Assembly (NCBI GenBank): GCA_040905465.1
Contig: JBBDRK010000050.1
Location: 1 to 16,426 of the forward strand
DNA: 16,426 bases
From: Trueperaceae bacterium
Lineage (GTDB): Bacteria; Deinococcota; Deinococci; Deinococcales; Trueperaceae
Reading direction: 5' to 3'
Under the pieces are notes generated by a model, which was not told the origin of the DNA, did no database searches, and was given only the letters and a program-made list of their open reading frames with translations. Shown piece by piece: positions 6,857 to 15,467 of the stretch. Positions within the stretch are counted from its first letter, which is position 1. Each line of letters starts with the position of its first letter. The position numbers and the translations under genes are program-made.

Positions 6857-7504
6857 TCAGAAACCGGCCGCGGCTTTCAAGGCTGACAGACCCCCGTCGA
6901 AACCTTTGAGCAGAGGCCAGTCCGGTGGGAATGGCTGGCCAGCAGTTATCTCGTTCGGTACCACCACCACACTCATTCCGGCCGCCACAGCCGCCGTTGC
7001 GCCATTCAGGGAGTCCTCTATGGCGAGGGCCTCCTCGGGCCGGACGTCCAGCAGCCGCGCCGCCAGCGAGTAGAGTTCGGGGTTGGGCTTTACCCGCGCC
7101 ACATCATCGCGCGTGGCGATCGCCGAGAAGAACGACAATAGGTCGTGCCTGGCGAGCCACCGCCGCACCCACGCCCGGTCGCTGCTCGTGGCCAGCGCCA
7201 GCAGGTAGCCGGCGTCACGTGCCTCCACCAGGAGTTCGCCGATACCGGGCCGCAGATCCAGCTTGCCGACGTCGTCGATCACCGCCGCCGCCAACTCTTC
7301 CGCGAGCCGCTCACGATCGGCCAGGGCCCAGTCTGGCAGTGCCGACCATGGGTCGAAACCTCCCCAGGTGCCGATCCCCTGCTGCCAGAGCTCGAGTTCG
7401 AGCGTAAGCTCGTGCCGGCGATACAGCTCTTGCCACCGCCGGAACTCGGCAGTTTCGGTATCCAGGATCGTACCGTCGAAGTCGAAGACCAGTGCGCGGA
7501 GCAT
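6857..7504 (-). CDS. HAD-superfamily hydrolase, subfamily IA
   Basis: FDFDGTILDTE (motif I), ATSS (II), KPNPELY (III), IEDSLNGATAA (IV); 215 aa; TACAGT 5 nt before the ATG. Confidence 0.92.
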   Translation of the reverse strand: MLRALVFDFDGTILDTETAEFRRWQELYRRHELTLELELWQQGIGTWGGFDPWSALPDWALADRERLAEELAAAVIDDVGKLDLRPGIGELLVEARDAGYLLALATSSDRAWVRRWLARHDLLSFFSAIATRDDVARVKPNPELYSLAARLLDVRPEEALAIEDSLNGATAAVAAGMSVVVVPNEITAGQPFPPDWPLLKGFDGGLSALKAAAGF

Positions 7505-7624
7505 TACCCACTGTACCGGCCCGCGCTCTCACGAGAGACTTCAACTCAGGGCGTACCGCCGCATCCACGTCGCGGGCACGGCGATACCCAAGCCGTAGAG
7601 GTACCTGATGAGCTGCCCGTCACC

Positions 7625-9148
7625 TCAGCTCGCCAGCAGGAGCGGTGTCTCATCGGCGACAGGTGCGGCGTCTCCGTACCCATCTGGCGCCTCCTCGATG
7701 AAGGTGCAGTGCAGCGCTTTGACCGCGCTTTCCCTTTCCTCGGTCGGCACGAGGAACTGAACGTCGACGCCGCGGCCCGTCTCCTGTACCGAAATCGGCT
7801 CGATGCCGGCATCTGCCAGGGCCGTCAGAGCCTTGCGCATGACGCCGAGTCCCTTCAGGTCACGGCCGATGACCGATACCATCCCGGCGCGGCGCGTGTT
7901 GATCCGGGCGCAGGGATAGCGCTCGGCCAGGTCGCGCTCGACACGGCGAATCTTCTTCAGAGGCGCCTCGATGTGATGCACGATGGAATTGGCGTTGGAC
8001 ACCTTCGAAACGATGCGCAGGCGGTGGCGCGCGAGCACATCGAGAATGGCCGCGTCATACCCCTTCACACCCACCATGTCTTGCTCGAACAGTTCGAGGG
8101 ATGTGATGGGCAGGCCAGTAATCATTTCCACGCCGGGTCTGTCGGCGGGCTCGGCGTCGATCAACGTACCCGGGTCGTGGGGCTCGAAGGCGTTGGCAAC
8201 GCGCAAGGGGACGCCCGCCTGGCGCAGCTTCTTGGCAGCCTGCGGGTGGATCGCCTCCATGCCCATGTTCGACAGCTGGTCGGCTACGTCGTAGTTGGTG
8301 CGACCGATCTTGCGCACGTTGTCGGTTCCCACAAGGCGTGGGTCGGCGCTGGAGAGGTGAAACTCCTTATGGATTATCGCCTCGCGTGCGCCTGTCAATG
8401 CGGCGATCGTGGCGAAGGTCACCTCCGAATAACCGCGGTCGAACTCGCGCATGAGGCCCCCACGACACTGTGCGTAGCCGGTGGCAATCGGCAGTTCGCT
8501 CGCGATGTCCACCTCCTTGAAGGCGCCCTCGATCCGCGCCTCCAGCTCCGGCTGCGTTTCGTCGCGCCAGCCGGTGAGGTCGATGAGGCGGGCGTTGACG
8601 CCATGGCGGCGAAGGAGCAACGCAAGGTTGTTGGCCGAGTGGGCCTCCCCTAACGCCGACAGCATCTCACGGATGGTCTGCATGTGCTCGACGAGCTGGA
8701 AGTGCCCGTATGAGCACAGCCGCTGCAGGTCGATCAGGCAACAGCGCACTCCCTCGACACGTTCACGCACGAACTCGTCTGCAGCATGCCGGTCGCCGGC
8801 GTCTTCGAACATGTCCGAGTTGACGTCACGCATGGCTCGACCCACCGCGCTCAGCGCATCCATCCAGCCGTGCTCGTTGTCGGCATCGGCGAACAGGCCG
8901 TAGACGCCCGACTCACCGGATTTCTTGTGCTCCAGCAACCGGTCGGTGATGCCGCCGAAGGCGGATACCACGAAGACTCGGCCGTAGAGCGCGTCGCCAC
9001 CGCGCCCGCCTATCAGTATGGTGTCCAGCAACTCGCGGGCGCGGCTCATGGACGAGCCGCCGATCTTCTCGACAGTGTGGGCCGTGCGCTTGACCGTGTT
9101 CGCGTCGCGATCCGCTGCAACACGAACGTCTTCCGGAAGTCTTTTCAT
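7625..9148 (-). CDS. ask: Ectoine-associated aspartokinase (Ask_Ect); start uncertain (ATG 9148 or GTG 9175 overlapping the ectD stop)
   Basis: HTVEKIGGSSMSR, VVSAFGGITDRLLEHKKSG, FDRGYSE, IIHKEFHLSSADP, GMEAIHP, C-terminal ACT-like region; last gene of the ect operon. Confidence 0.93.
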   Translation of the reverse strand: MKRLPEDVRVAADRDANTVKRTAHTVEKIGGSSMSRARELLDTILIGGRGGDALYGRVFVVSAFGGITDRLLEHKKSGESGVYGLFADADNEHGWMDALSAVGRAMRDVNSDMFEDAGDRHAADEFVRERVEGVRCCLIDLQRLCSYGHFQLVEHMQTIREMLSALGEAHSANNLALLLRRHGVNARLIDLTGWRDETQPELEARIEGAFKEVDIASELPIATGYAQCRGGLMREFDRGYSEVTFATIAALTGAREAIIHKEFHLSSADPRLVGTDNVRKIGRTNYDVADQLSNMGMEAIHPQAAKKLRQAGVPLRVANAFEPHDPGTLIDAEPADRPGVEMITGLPITSLELFEQDMVGVKGYDAAILDVLARHRLRIVSKVSNANSIVHHIEAPLKKIRRVERDLAERYPCARINTRRAGMVSVIGRDLKGLGVMRKALTALADAGIEPISVQETGRGVDVQFLVPTEERESAVKALHCTFIEEAPDGYGDAAPVADETPLLLAS

Positions 9149-9171
9149 GTTTGTTGGTCCATTGCCTTTCG

Positions 9172-10104
9172 TCACACGAGTTTCCCGGAGGCAACCTCTA
9201 CGGCCTCTGCCTCATCACGCTGGGCAAGGAAATCTGGACGCGGCTTCTTGGCGCCGAAAGGCTCATCGAGCTGGTTCGACATGGCGTTGAACACGAAGAA
9301 CGCGTTGGAACGGGCGAAGGGCGTGATGTTGCCGTTCGAACCGTGCATGGTGTTGCAGTCGAACAGGACAAGCGTTCCTGCCTTGCCGGTGGCAGCCGTG
9401 ATTCCATGCTTTGAGGCGAGTTTGGTGAGCGCCTCGTGCGAGGGAACGCCCACTTCCTGCTTCTTGAGCGAGGATTTGTGGTTGTCCTCCGGCGTCTCCC
9501 CGGCACAGGCGATGAAGTGCTTGTGCGAGCCCGGCATCAGCATCAGGGGGCCGTTGAGCGCGTCGTTGTCGGTCAACAGCAGCGAGGCGGAAACGGCGCG
9601 CATGTGCGGCATGCCGTCCTCGGCGTGCCAGGTCTCGAAATCGGAGTGCCAGTAGAACTCCTTGCCCGTGAAGCCGGGCTTGTAGTTGAGGCGCGTCTGG
9701 AGGTAATAGACATCATCGCCGAGCAGGAAGCTGGCAATTCCAGCCAGTCGCCGGTCGCGTGCGAGCCGCTCGAAGAGCGGACTCTGCTCGGGCAGCTTGA
9801 AGACCGTGCGGACCTCGTCGGAGCCGGGTTCGGTTATGACGCTGCCTTCCTCGAGCTTACGCTCGCCGTTGCGGAGTGCGGCCGATTCGGCCGTCAGCGC
9901 CTTCACCTCCTCCTCGGAGAAAAGGTTTTTGAGCACGATGAAGCCGTCGCGGTCGAACTGGTCGGCTTGCTGCTCCGTCAGCGGAGCGTCGGTGCTCCAC
10001 TCGCTCGAAACCGTCCTGTCCTGGCGCGGCAGCCACTGCTCTTCCCGCAGGCGGGTCGGATACAGGTCCTTTCTTCGCTCGGTCGTCTGGGTGATTGCAG
10101 ACAT
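9172..10104 (-). CDS. ectD: Ectoine hydroxylase
   Basis: EctD signature FYWHSDFETWHAEDGMP, DLYPTR N-terminus, FDCNTMHGSNGNITPFARSN; AAGGAG Shine-Dalgarno. Confidence 0.97.
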   Translation of the reverse strand: MSAITQTTERRKDLYPTRLREEQWLPRQDRTVSSEWSTDAPLTEQQADQFDRDGFIVLKNLFSEEEVKALTAESAALRNGERKLEEGSVITEPGSDEVRTVFKLPEQSPLFERLARDRRLAGIASFLLGDDVYYLQTRLNYKPGFTGKEFYWHSDFETWHAEDGMPHMRAVSASLLLTDNDALNGPLMLMPGSHKHFIACAGETPEDNHKSSLKKQEVGVPSHEALTKLASKHGITAATGKAGTLVLFDCNTMHGSNGNITPFARSNAFFVFNAMSNQLDEPFGAKKPRPDFLAQRDEAEAVEVASGKLV

Positions 10105-10147
10105 TTTTTTCTCCTTACCTCGATGCTCTATGTTGGCTTTACGCGAT

Positions 10148-10546
10148 TCAAACCTGTTCGGCTGCCAGCAAATAGGAACCGTCGTCCTGGTGAACCTCGT
10201 TTCCCGTTACGGGCGGGTTGAACACGCAGGCCATGATCATGGGCTCTTCAGGATCGGCGCGCAGAATGTGCCGGTCGTTCTTGTCGAGCGCATAGACTAC
10301 GCCGGTCCGGACCGCGTGGACCTCGCCGGTCGCGAGGTCCTCGATCGAACCTGTGCCACCCAAGCAGTAGACGCTCTCGAGGTGGTTCTTGTAGTGCATC
10401 GGCAACTCGGCGCCGGCATGGATGGTGGTGATATGGAAGCTGAAGCCCATGCCGTCCGACTTCAGAAGCAGCCGCACGCTGTCCCACCCCTGCGAGAAGA
10501 CGTGACGGTCGGTGTTCTTGGCCTCGTGCAGGTCGCGTACGATCAT
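10148..10546 (-). CDS. ectC: L-ectoine synthase
   Basis: [64 protein letters not shown] overlap with ectB. Confidence 0.97.
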   Translation of the reverse strand: MIVRDLHEAKNTDRHVFSQGWDSVRLLLKSDGMGFSFHITTIHAGAELPMHYKNHLESVYCLGGTGSIEDLATGEVHAVRTGVVYALDKNDRHILRADPEEPMIMACVFNPPVTGNEVHQDDGSYLLAAEQV

Positions 10547-11847
10547 TGATTCACGGCTGCGACTTCCGTCGACCGGGCTATTTCCGTCACGGCTTGCTCC
10601 AGGATGTCGAGGCCGCGGGCGAAGGTCCCTTCGTCGATGGTGAGTGGCGCCAGCACCTTGACCACTTCGTCATGAGCGCCGGAGGTCTCGATGACGAGAC
10701 CGCCTTCGAAGCAGCGTGCACAGATCGCGCTCGCCAACTCGCCAGAACCGACGTCGATGCCGAGAAACATGCCCCTGCCCTTCAGCCGGGCAGCCGGAAG
10801 GGTCCCGGCTATCCTCGTCAAGCGTGACTTGAGGTAGTTGGCGCGCTCGGCCACCGTTTCCTGGAAGCGGCTATCGGCCCAGAATTTCTCGAGGGCGACA
10901 CGCGCGGTGACGAAGGCATGGTTGTTGCCGCGGAACGTCCCGTTGTGCTCGGCCGGGCCGAACAGGTCGTGTTCCGGCTTCACCAGAAGCGCCGCGAAGG
11001 GCAGTCCGAGGCCGGATAGGGACTTCGCCATGGTGATGATGTCGGGCTCGATCCCCATCTCCTCGAAGGAGAAGAACGAGCCGGTTCGGCCGATGCCGGC
11101 CTGGATGTCGTCGATGATCAGCAGGGCGCCATTCTCGCGGGCTATCTCGCTGACCCGGCGCACCCACTCGAACGAGGCGGCGTTCAGGCCGCCTTCGCCC
11201 TGCACCGTCTCCAGGATGATTGCCGCCGGCGGCTCGATGCCGCTTGCGGGCTCCGACAGCAGTCGTTCGAGCAGGTCCGCGGTGTCTACATCGTTACCCA
11301 GGGCCCCTTCGAACGGCATGCGGGTGACACCCGTAAGCGGAAGGCCGGCACCGCCGCGGTGATAGAGGTTGCCCGTGGCAGCCAATGCTCCCAGCGTCAC
11401 GCCGTGAAAGCCGTTGGTGAAGGCGATCACATTGGTCCTGCCCGTGGACTTGCGGGCAAGCTTGAGGGCAGCCTCGACGGCGTTGGAGCCCGTCGGGCCC
11501 ATGAACATCATGCGATGATCCATGCCGCGCGGCTTGAGAATGAGGCGCTCGAAGGTCTCCAGGAAGCCAGCCTTGGCGCTCGTGTGCATGTCGAGACCGT
11601 GGGCGATGCCGTCGCCGGCTATATGGTCGATGAGCGCTGCCTTGATGTCCGGGTCGTTGTGGCCGTAGTTGAGCGAGGAACAGCCGGCCAGGAAGTCGAT
11701 GTAATCGCGGCCGTCGCTGCCGGTGAGAACGGCGCCACGCGCCTTCTCGAACACGGTTGGAAAACTGCGGCTATAGCTTCGCACGGCAGATTCGCGCCGG
11801 TCGAATATGGCCTTGTCGTCCGTTGGTACGGTCGTCATGGTCGTCAT
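10543..11847 (-). CDS. ectB: Diaminobutyrate--2-oxoglutarate transaminase
   Basis: [60 protein letters not shown] lysine in [23 protein letters not shown] Shine-Dalgarno. Confidence 0.97.
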   Translation of the reverse strand: MTTMTTVPTDDKAIFDRRESAVRSYSRSFPTVFEKARGAVLTGSDGRDYIDFLAGCSSLNYGHNDPDIKAALIDHIAGDGIAHGLDMHTSAKAGFLETFERLILKPRGMDHRMMFMGPTGSNAVEAALKLARKSTGRTNVIAFTNGFHGVTLGALAATGNLYHRGGAGLPLTGVTRMPFEGALGNDVDTADLLERLLSEPASGIEPPAAIILETVQGEGGLNAASFEWVRRVSEIARENGALLIIDDIQAGIGRTGSFFSFEEMGIEPDIITMAKSLSGLGLPFAALLVKPEHDLFGPAEHNGTFRGNNHAFVTARVALEKFWADSRFQETVAERANYLKSRLTRIAGTLPAARLKGRGMFLGIDVGSGELASAICARCFEGGLVIETSGAHDEVVKVLAPLTIDEGTFARGLDILEQAVTEIARSTEVAAVNQ

Positions 11848-11950
11848 TTATTTTCCTTTCGGATTGGTCGTCTCGGGAAATCGATCTCGTAGGGGAGTTT
11901 CAGTATTGATTCGTATTCGGCCCGGAGTGCCCGGAGTAGAGTCTGGTCTG

Positions 11951-12505
11951 TCAGTTGGCGCTGCGCGCCTCTTCGGGCAGGGCGATAGTCACCATATGCT
12001 CGGTAACATGCGCACCGTCGAAATGGTCGTCCCTGCGGAAATAGGGCTCACTCGAGAGCTCTGCGCCTTTGCTGCGCGAGAATGACTTGAAAAGTGCCCA
12101 GCTTGCCGCATTGTCGAGCGTGATTGTGGTCTTCAGCCGGCGCACGTCGGCGCAAGCCTCGCGCTCCAGAAGCGCAGCGAGCATTTTCCTGGCGATGCCC
12201 TGGCCCTGGGCACTTTCGTCAACCGCAACCTGCCAGACGAACACTGTCTGCTGATCATCCGGCATGACGTAAGCCGAAACCCAGCCGACGAGCTCGCTAT
12301 CGCTCGCGCGCTCGGCTGCCACACAGGTGTCGCCGAAATGGTCACACTGGAGCAGGTTGCAGTAAAGGGAGTTTTCGTCGAGGGGCTCTGAGGACCTGAT
12401 CAGGCGCCAGACGGCCGCACCATCCTCGGTACGGGGCGTGCGGAACGCGATTTGGTCGGATCGGTCAGATCGTTCTTGCACTAGCTGGATGTTGCTGGTG
12501 GGCAT
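11951..12505 (-). CDS. ectA: L-2,4-diaminobutyrate acetyltransferase
   Basis: PLDENSLYCNLLQCDHF, GWVSAY, FVWQVAV, TTITLDNAASWALF, HFDGAHVTE; GGAGGAGG Shine-Dalgarno. Confidence 0.96.
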   Translation of the reverse strand: MPTSNIQLVQERSDRSDQIAFRTPRTEDGAAVWRLIRSSEPLDENSLYCNLLQCDHFGDTCVAAERASDSELVGWVSAYVMPDDQQTVFVWQVAVDESAQGQGIARKMLAALLEREACADVRRLKTTITLDNAASWALFKSFSRSKGAELSSEPYFRRDDHFDGAHVTEHMVTIALPEEARSAN

Positions 12506-12699
12506 GGATCTCCTCCTCCAAACGCATCGTATATGTTACGACAAACGAAGGACATCGTGGCCGGTTCGGAAAACATTACCGCCTTCGAGTCGCTGGTATG
12601 CGCTAATTCATTCGAGAGTCGCCAAACATGTCATTCGCCCATCAAATCATATTTTCTGCTATAAAGGAAACCGATGTCTGTTGAGCCGAAGGGCCGTTC

Positions 12700-13176
12700 A
12701 TGGAAAATCGCACCCAGACCACACTCATTGCGCTCAGGCGCATCCTGCGCGCCACGGAGCTCAATGCGCGTACGCTCGCCCGCGCGACGGGACTGACGAC
12801 TCCGCAACTCATCGTTCTCGAGATCGTTGCTGCGGCAGGACGCCTCACGCCGAAGGAGATAGCCGGGCGTGCCGGCGTCGGCCAAGCGACGGTATCGTCG
12901 CTGGTGGAAAAACTGGAGGCGCGTGAATTTGTGACGCGCAAACGAGCCGAACTGGACCGGCGTGCCGTCTGGGTGGCGCCCACGGAGGCCGGCCTGACCA
13001 TGCTCGAAGCGGCGCCCGACCCCCTGCAACGGACATTTTCGGAACAGTTCGAGCAGCTTCCCGACTGGGAGCAGGCCATGATCGTCGCGGCACTCGAAAA
13101 GGTCGGCTTGATGCTGAACGCAGGCGCGATCGACGCCTCGCCGCTTCTCGATGTCGGAGCGGTAGACCGTAAGTAG
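12700..13176 (+). CDS. ectR: MarR-family regulator of ectoine synthesis (EctR/CosR type)
   Basis: LIALRRILRATE, GLTTPQL, QATVSSLVEKLE, DRR wing, APDPLQ, WEQAMIVAALE, IDASPLL; divergent from ectA. Confidence 0.88.
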   Translation: MENRTQTTLIALRRILRATELNARTLARATGLTTPQLIVLEIVAAAGRLTPKEIAGRAGVGQATVSSLVEKLEAREFVTRKRAELDRRAVWVAPTEAGLTMLEAAPDPLQRTFSEQFEQLPDWEQAMIVAALEKVGLMLNAGAIDASPLLDVGAVDRK

Positions 13177-13227
13177 CTGCGCGCGAACCCAAGTCTTACG
13201 AACCCGCTCTCAATCCCTCGGCGGGGG

Positions 13228-14373
13228 CTACCGCCGCACTTCTCGGCTCGACCTGCCTACTGCCCGTTCATATGCGACAGGATCGGTGTCCGCCTCGGTA
13301 ACTATGACCAGGACGCGCGAGTCCCGCCCGACGTCCAGCGCACGAGCCAGTTCCGGCGTTTCGACGATCTCCAGGAGGCCCGCGAGACCTGCCGCTCCGC
13401 TCTCCCCCGCCACCACCCCCTCGCTCGCCAGCAGGCGCATCGCTTCAAAGGCACGCTCATCCGATATCGCAAGGAACGCATCCACGCCGCTCAGAAGGGT
13501 AGGCAACGAGATAGCCGACGCCGTCCCGCAGTTCAGGCCCGCCATGCATGAAGCATGCGGCCCATTCACGGTCACCGAACGACCGGCTCTTGCCGATCGC
13601 AACAGGCAGTCGGCACCTTTCGGCTCGACGCACACCAGGCGAGATCCGGGATCCAGCCGCCGGAAGTGGCTCGTGGCGGCGTGGGCGAGGGAACCCACGC
13701 CAACCTGAACCGGTATCAGGTTGGGCGCCCTCGACCCCAGCTCTTCCAGCTGGGTCTCGACCTCCTGGAAGATAGTGCCGTAGCCCTCGACGATCCATGC
13801 CGGCACCCGTTCGTAGCCGGGCCAGGAAGTATCCTGGATCAGCAACCGCCTCTCATCGGCGCTCGCAGCCGCGGCCCGGACCGCCTCGTCGTAACTCCCG
13901 CGAACCACCACTACCCGCGCACCCTCGGCGCGAAGGGCTTGGGTCCGCACCTCCGCCATTTCGCCCGGGACGAACACTTCCGATTCCAGGCCGAACCAGC
14001 GCGCGACCCGAGCCACCGCCCGACCGTGATTACCGTCCGTCGCGGTCACGAGGGTGAACCCCTGTCCGCTCAGGGCCGCGCGCAGCGCCTCCAGCTTCCG
14101 CCCCGTTGCGGCCACGCCGGTATTCGCCAGGAGTTGGTTGTAGATCGCCCACGAAGCCCCGAGCACTTTGTAAGCCGGCAGTCCGAAACGGTTCGACTCC
14201 TCCTTCACCCAGATCTCGCCCACCCCGAGTCTTTCCGCCAAACCAGCGGCCGTCCGCAACTCGCTGGGCTCGTAGCCGGGAAGAAGGCGATGAAAGGAGA
14301 TCGGCGAGTCGGCGGCAACGGAGGGCGTCGAGCAGCGCTTGCCGGCATTCGAGTTCAGATGGAAGTCGACGAT
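13228..14373 (-). CDS. Diaminopropionate ammonia-lyase family PLP enzyme (fold type II); apparent ATC start at 14373 (first canonical start is TTG 14259)
   Basis: FHRLLPGYEP (upstream of the ORF-track start), KEESNRFGLPAYKVLGASWA, ATDGNHGRAVA, QDTSWPGY, GVGSLA, MAGLNCG, AGESGAAG. The frame is open from 14382; in-frame TAA at 14385-14383. Confidence 0.85.
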   Translation of the reverse strand: MVDFHLNSNAGKRCSTPSVAADSPISFHRLLPGYEPSELRTAAGLAERLGVGEIWVKEESNRFGLPAYKVLGASWAIYNQLLANTGVAATGRKLEALRAALSGQGFTLVTATDGNHGRAVARVARWFGLESEVFVPGEMAEVRTQALRAEGARVVVVRGSYDEAVRAAAASADERRLLIQDTSWPGYERVPAWIVEGYGTIFQEVETQLEELGSRAPNLIPVQVGVGSLAHAATSHFRRLDPGSRLVCVEPKGADCLLRSARAGRSVTVNGPHASCMAGLNCGTASAISLPTLLSGVDAFLAISDERAFEAMRLLASEGVVAGESGAAGLAGLLEIVETPELARALDVGRDSRVLVIVTEADTDPVAYERAVGRSSREVRR

Positions 14374-14413
14374 GGTGTCAACTTACCTCGCCAATCGCCT
14401 GAGGAGAGAAACC

Positions 14414-15346
14414 GTGCCACAAGACCTATCCGACTTTCCGCCGATCGTTACAGCAGTCCTGAGCGAAATATCGCGCCGGCACGACGCCGACAGCGCAACG
14501 CCGGTGCAAACCGGGGGAATTTGCAATGCTATCTACTTCCTCGGCGACGATCTTGTCCTCCGAGTCCCAAGAAACGACCCTGACTTCGTAGCGGCCCTCG
14601 AACGCGAGGTTATTGCGGTCCCTGCTGCCCGCACCGCCGGCGTACGCACTCCCGCTCTTGTCACCTTCGATGATTCGCGTTCACTCATCGCCGTTCCATA
14701 TGCTGTTTACGAACGTGTACCTGGACAACCGCTGGAACGCCTCGGCTTGCTGCCAGATGCGGCGCCACTCGCCCTGGAGGAGCTCGGTCGTGATCTCGCC
14801 AGGTTGCACGACGGAGTAGATCGCAATGATGGAACCGAGATCGATGCCGTCTTCGTGGCGCTCGATCCGCGGGATGCGGCCGACGAGTTGGCGGAAAGGG
14901 GGAGCTTTACCCGTATGGAAGCCAATTGGCTCGACCAGATGCTGGGAAGACTGGCTCCAGCGGTAGAAGCGCCCTTTGAAAAGCGGCTTTGCCACGGCGA
15001 TACACAAGGCACCAACATCATGGTGGCGCCCGCATCGGCAACGTACCTGGCGTTGATAGATTGGGGGAACGCCACCTGGGACGATCCGGCGAAGGACTTC
15101 GCCGGTCTACCACTCGGGGCCATACCTTTCGTCCTCGCCGGCTATCGAAGCGTGTCACGGCTGGAGAATGCGGAGGCGCGCATTCTGTGGTGGCAGTTGC
15201 AGAATGCGCTCTACCTGCTGCACCGTCCACCACTACCAGAGTTGCCGAAGCGAGCTTGGGCGGAAAGGCCCATGGCGCAACTCCTCGAAATCACGAGGTT
15301 CCTGATCACCCCGCAGGGTCGGAAGTGGCGTGACCTGGTTACATGA
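14414..15346 (+). CDS. Aminoglycoside phosphotransferase (APH/choline kinase-like) family protein
   Basis: GGICNAIY, VLRVP, Brenner motif CHGDTQGTN, LIDWGNA, DPAKDF. GTG 14414 is preceded by GAGGAG (14401-14406). 310 aa. Confidence 0.88.
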   Translation: MPQDLSDFPPIVTAVLSEISRRHDADSATPVQTGGICNAIYFLGDDLVLRVPRNDPDFVAALEREVIAVPAARTAGVRTPALVTFDDSRSLIAVPYAVYERVPGQPLERLGLLPDAAPLALEELGRDLARLHDGVDRNDGTEIDAVFVALDPRDAADELAERGSFTRMEANWLDQMLGRLAPAVEAPFEKRLCHGDTQGTNIMVAPASATYLALIDWGNATWDDPAKDFAGLPLGAIPFVLAGYRSVSRLENAEARILWWQLQNALYLLHRPPLPELPKRAWAERPMAQLLEITRFLITPQGRKWRDLVT

Positions 15347-15467
15347 GTCCCGATCCTCAGGACACCTCCGGCGGGAACACGCGAAGCTGATGAATTGAAG
15401 TCCACGAACACGAAGGTTAATTGGCCGTTCGTTTTTACGTTTCAGGTCCCTGCCTTACAGTACGGAT

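Noticed and set aside
7145-8653. 502-aa + strand ORF (likewise 4901-5899, 8786-9655 and 13555-14583)
   Set aside because: Antisense shadows of well-supported genes, expected in high-GC DNA.
9145-9162. Mini-ORF MDQQT-stop between ectD and ask, overlapping ATG 9148
   Set aside because: A possible coupling device, but only five codons with a poorly spaced SD-like AAAGG; indistinguishable from chance.
11920-11937. Tandem GCCCGGAGT x2 in the ectA-ectB spacer
   Set aside because: Only two short copies, with no further structure or function evident.
7524-13212. Shared 7-8-mers (CGCTCTCA, ACCCAAG) on both flanks of the ect block as possible att sites
   Set aside because: Too short, in inconsistent order, and with no integrase nearby.
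15370-15440. GCTGATGA suggesting a fluoride riboswitch; ACGAAC/GTTCGT + TTTT suggesting a terminator
   Set aside because: The GGnGATGG 5' core is absent, and the stem is short with a large irregular loop.
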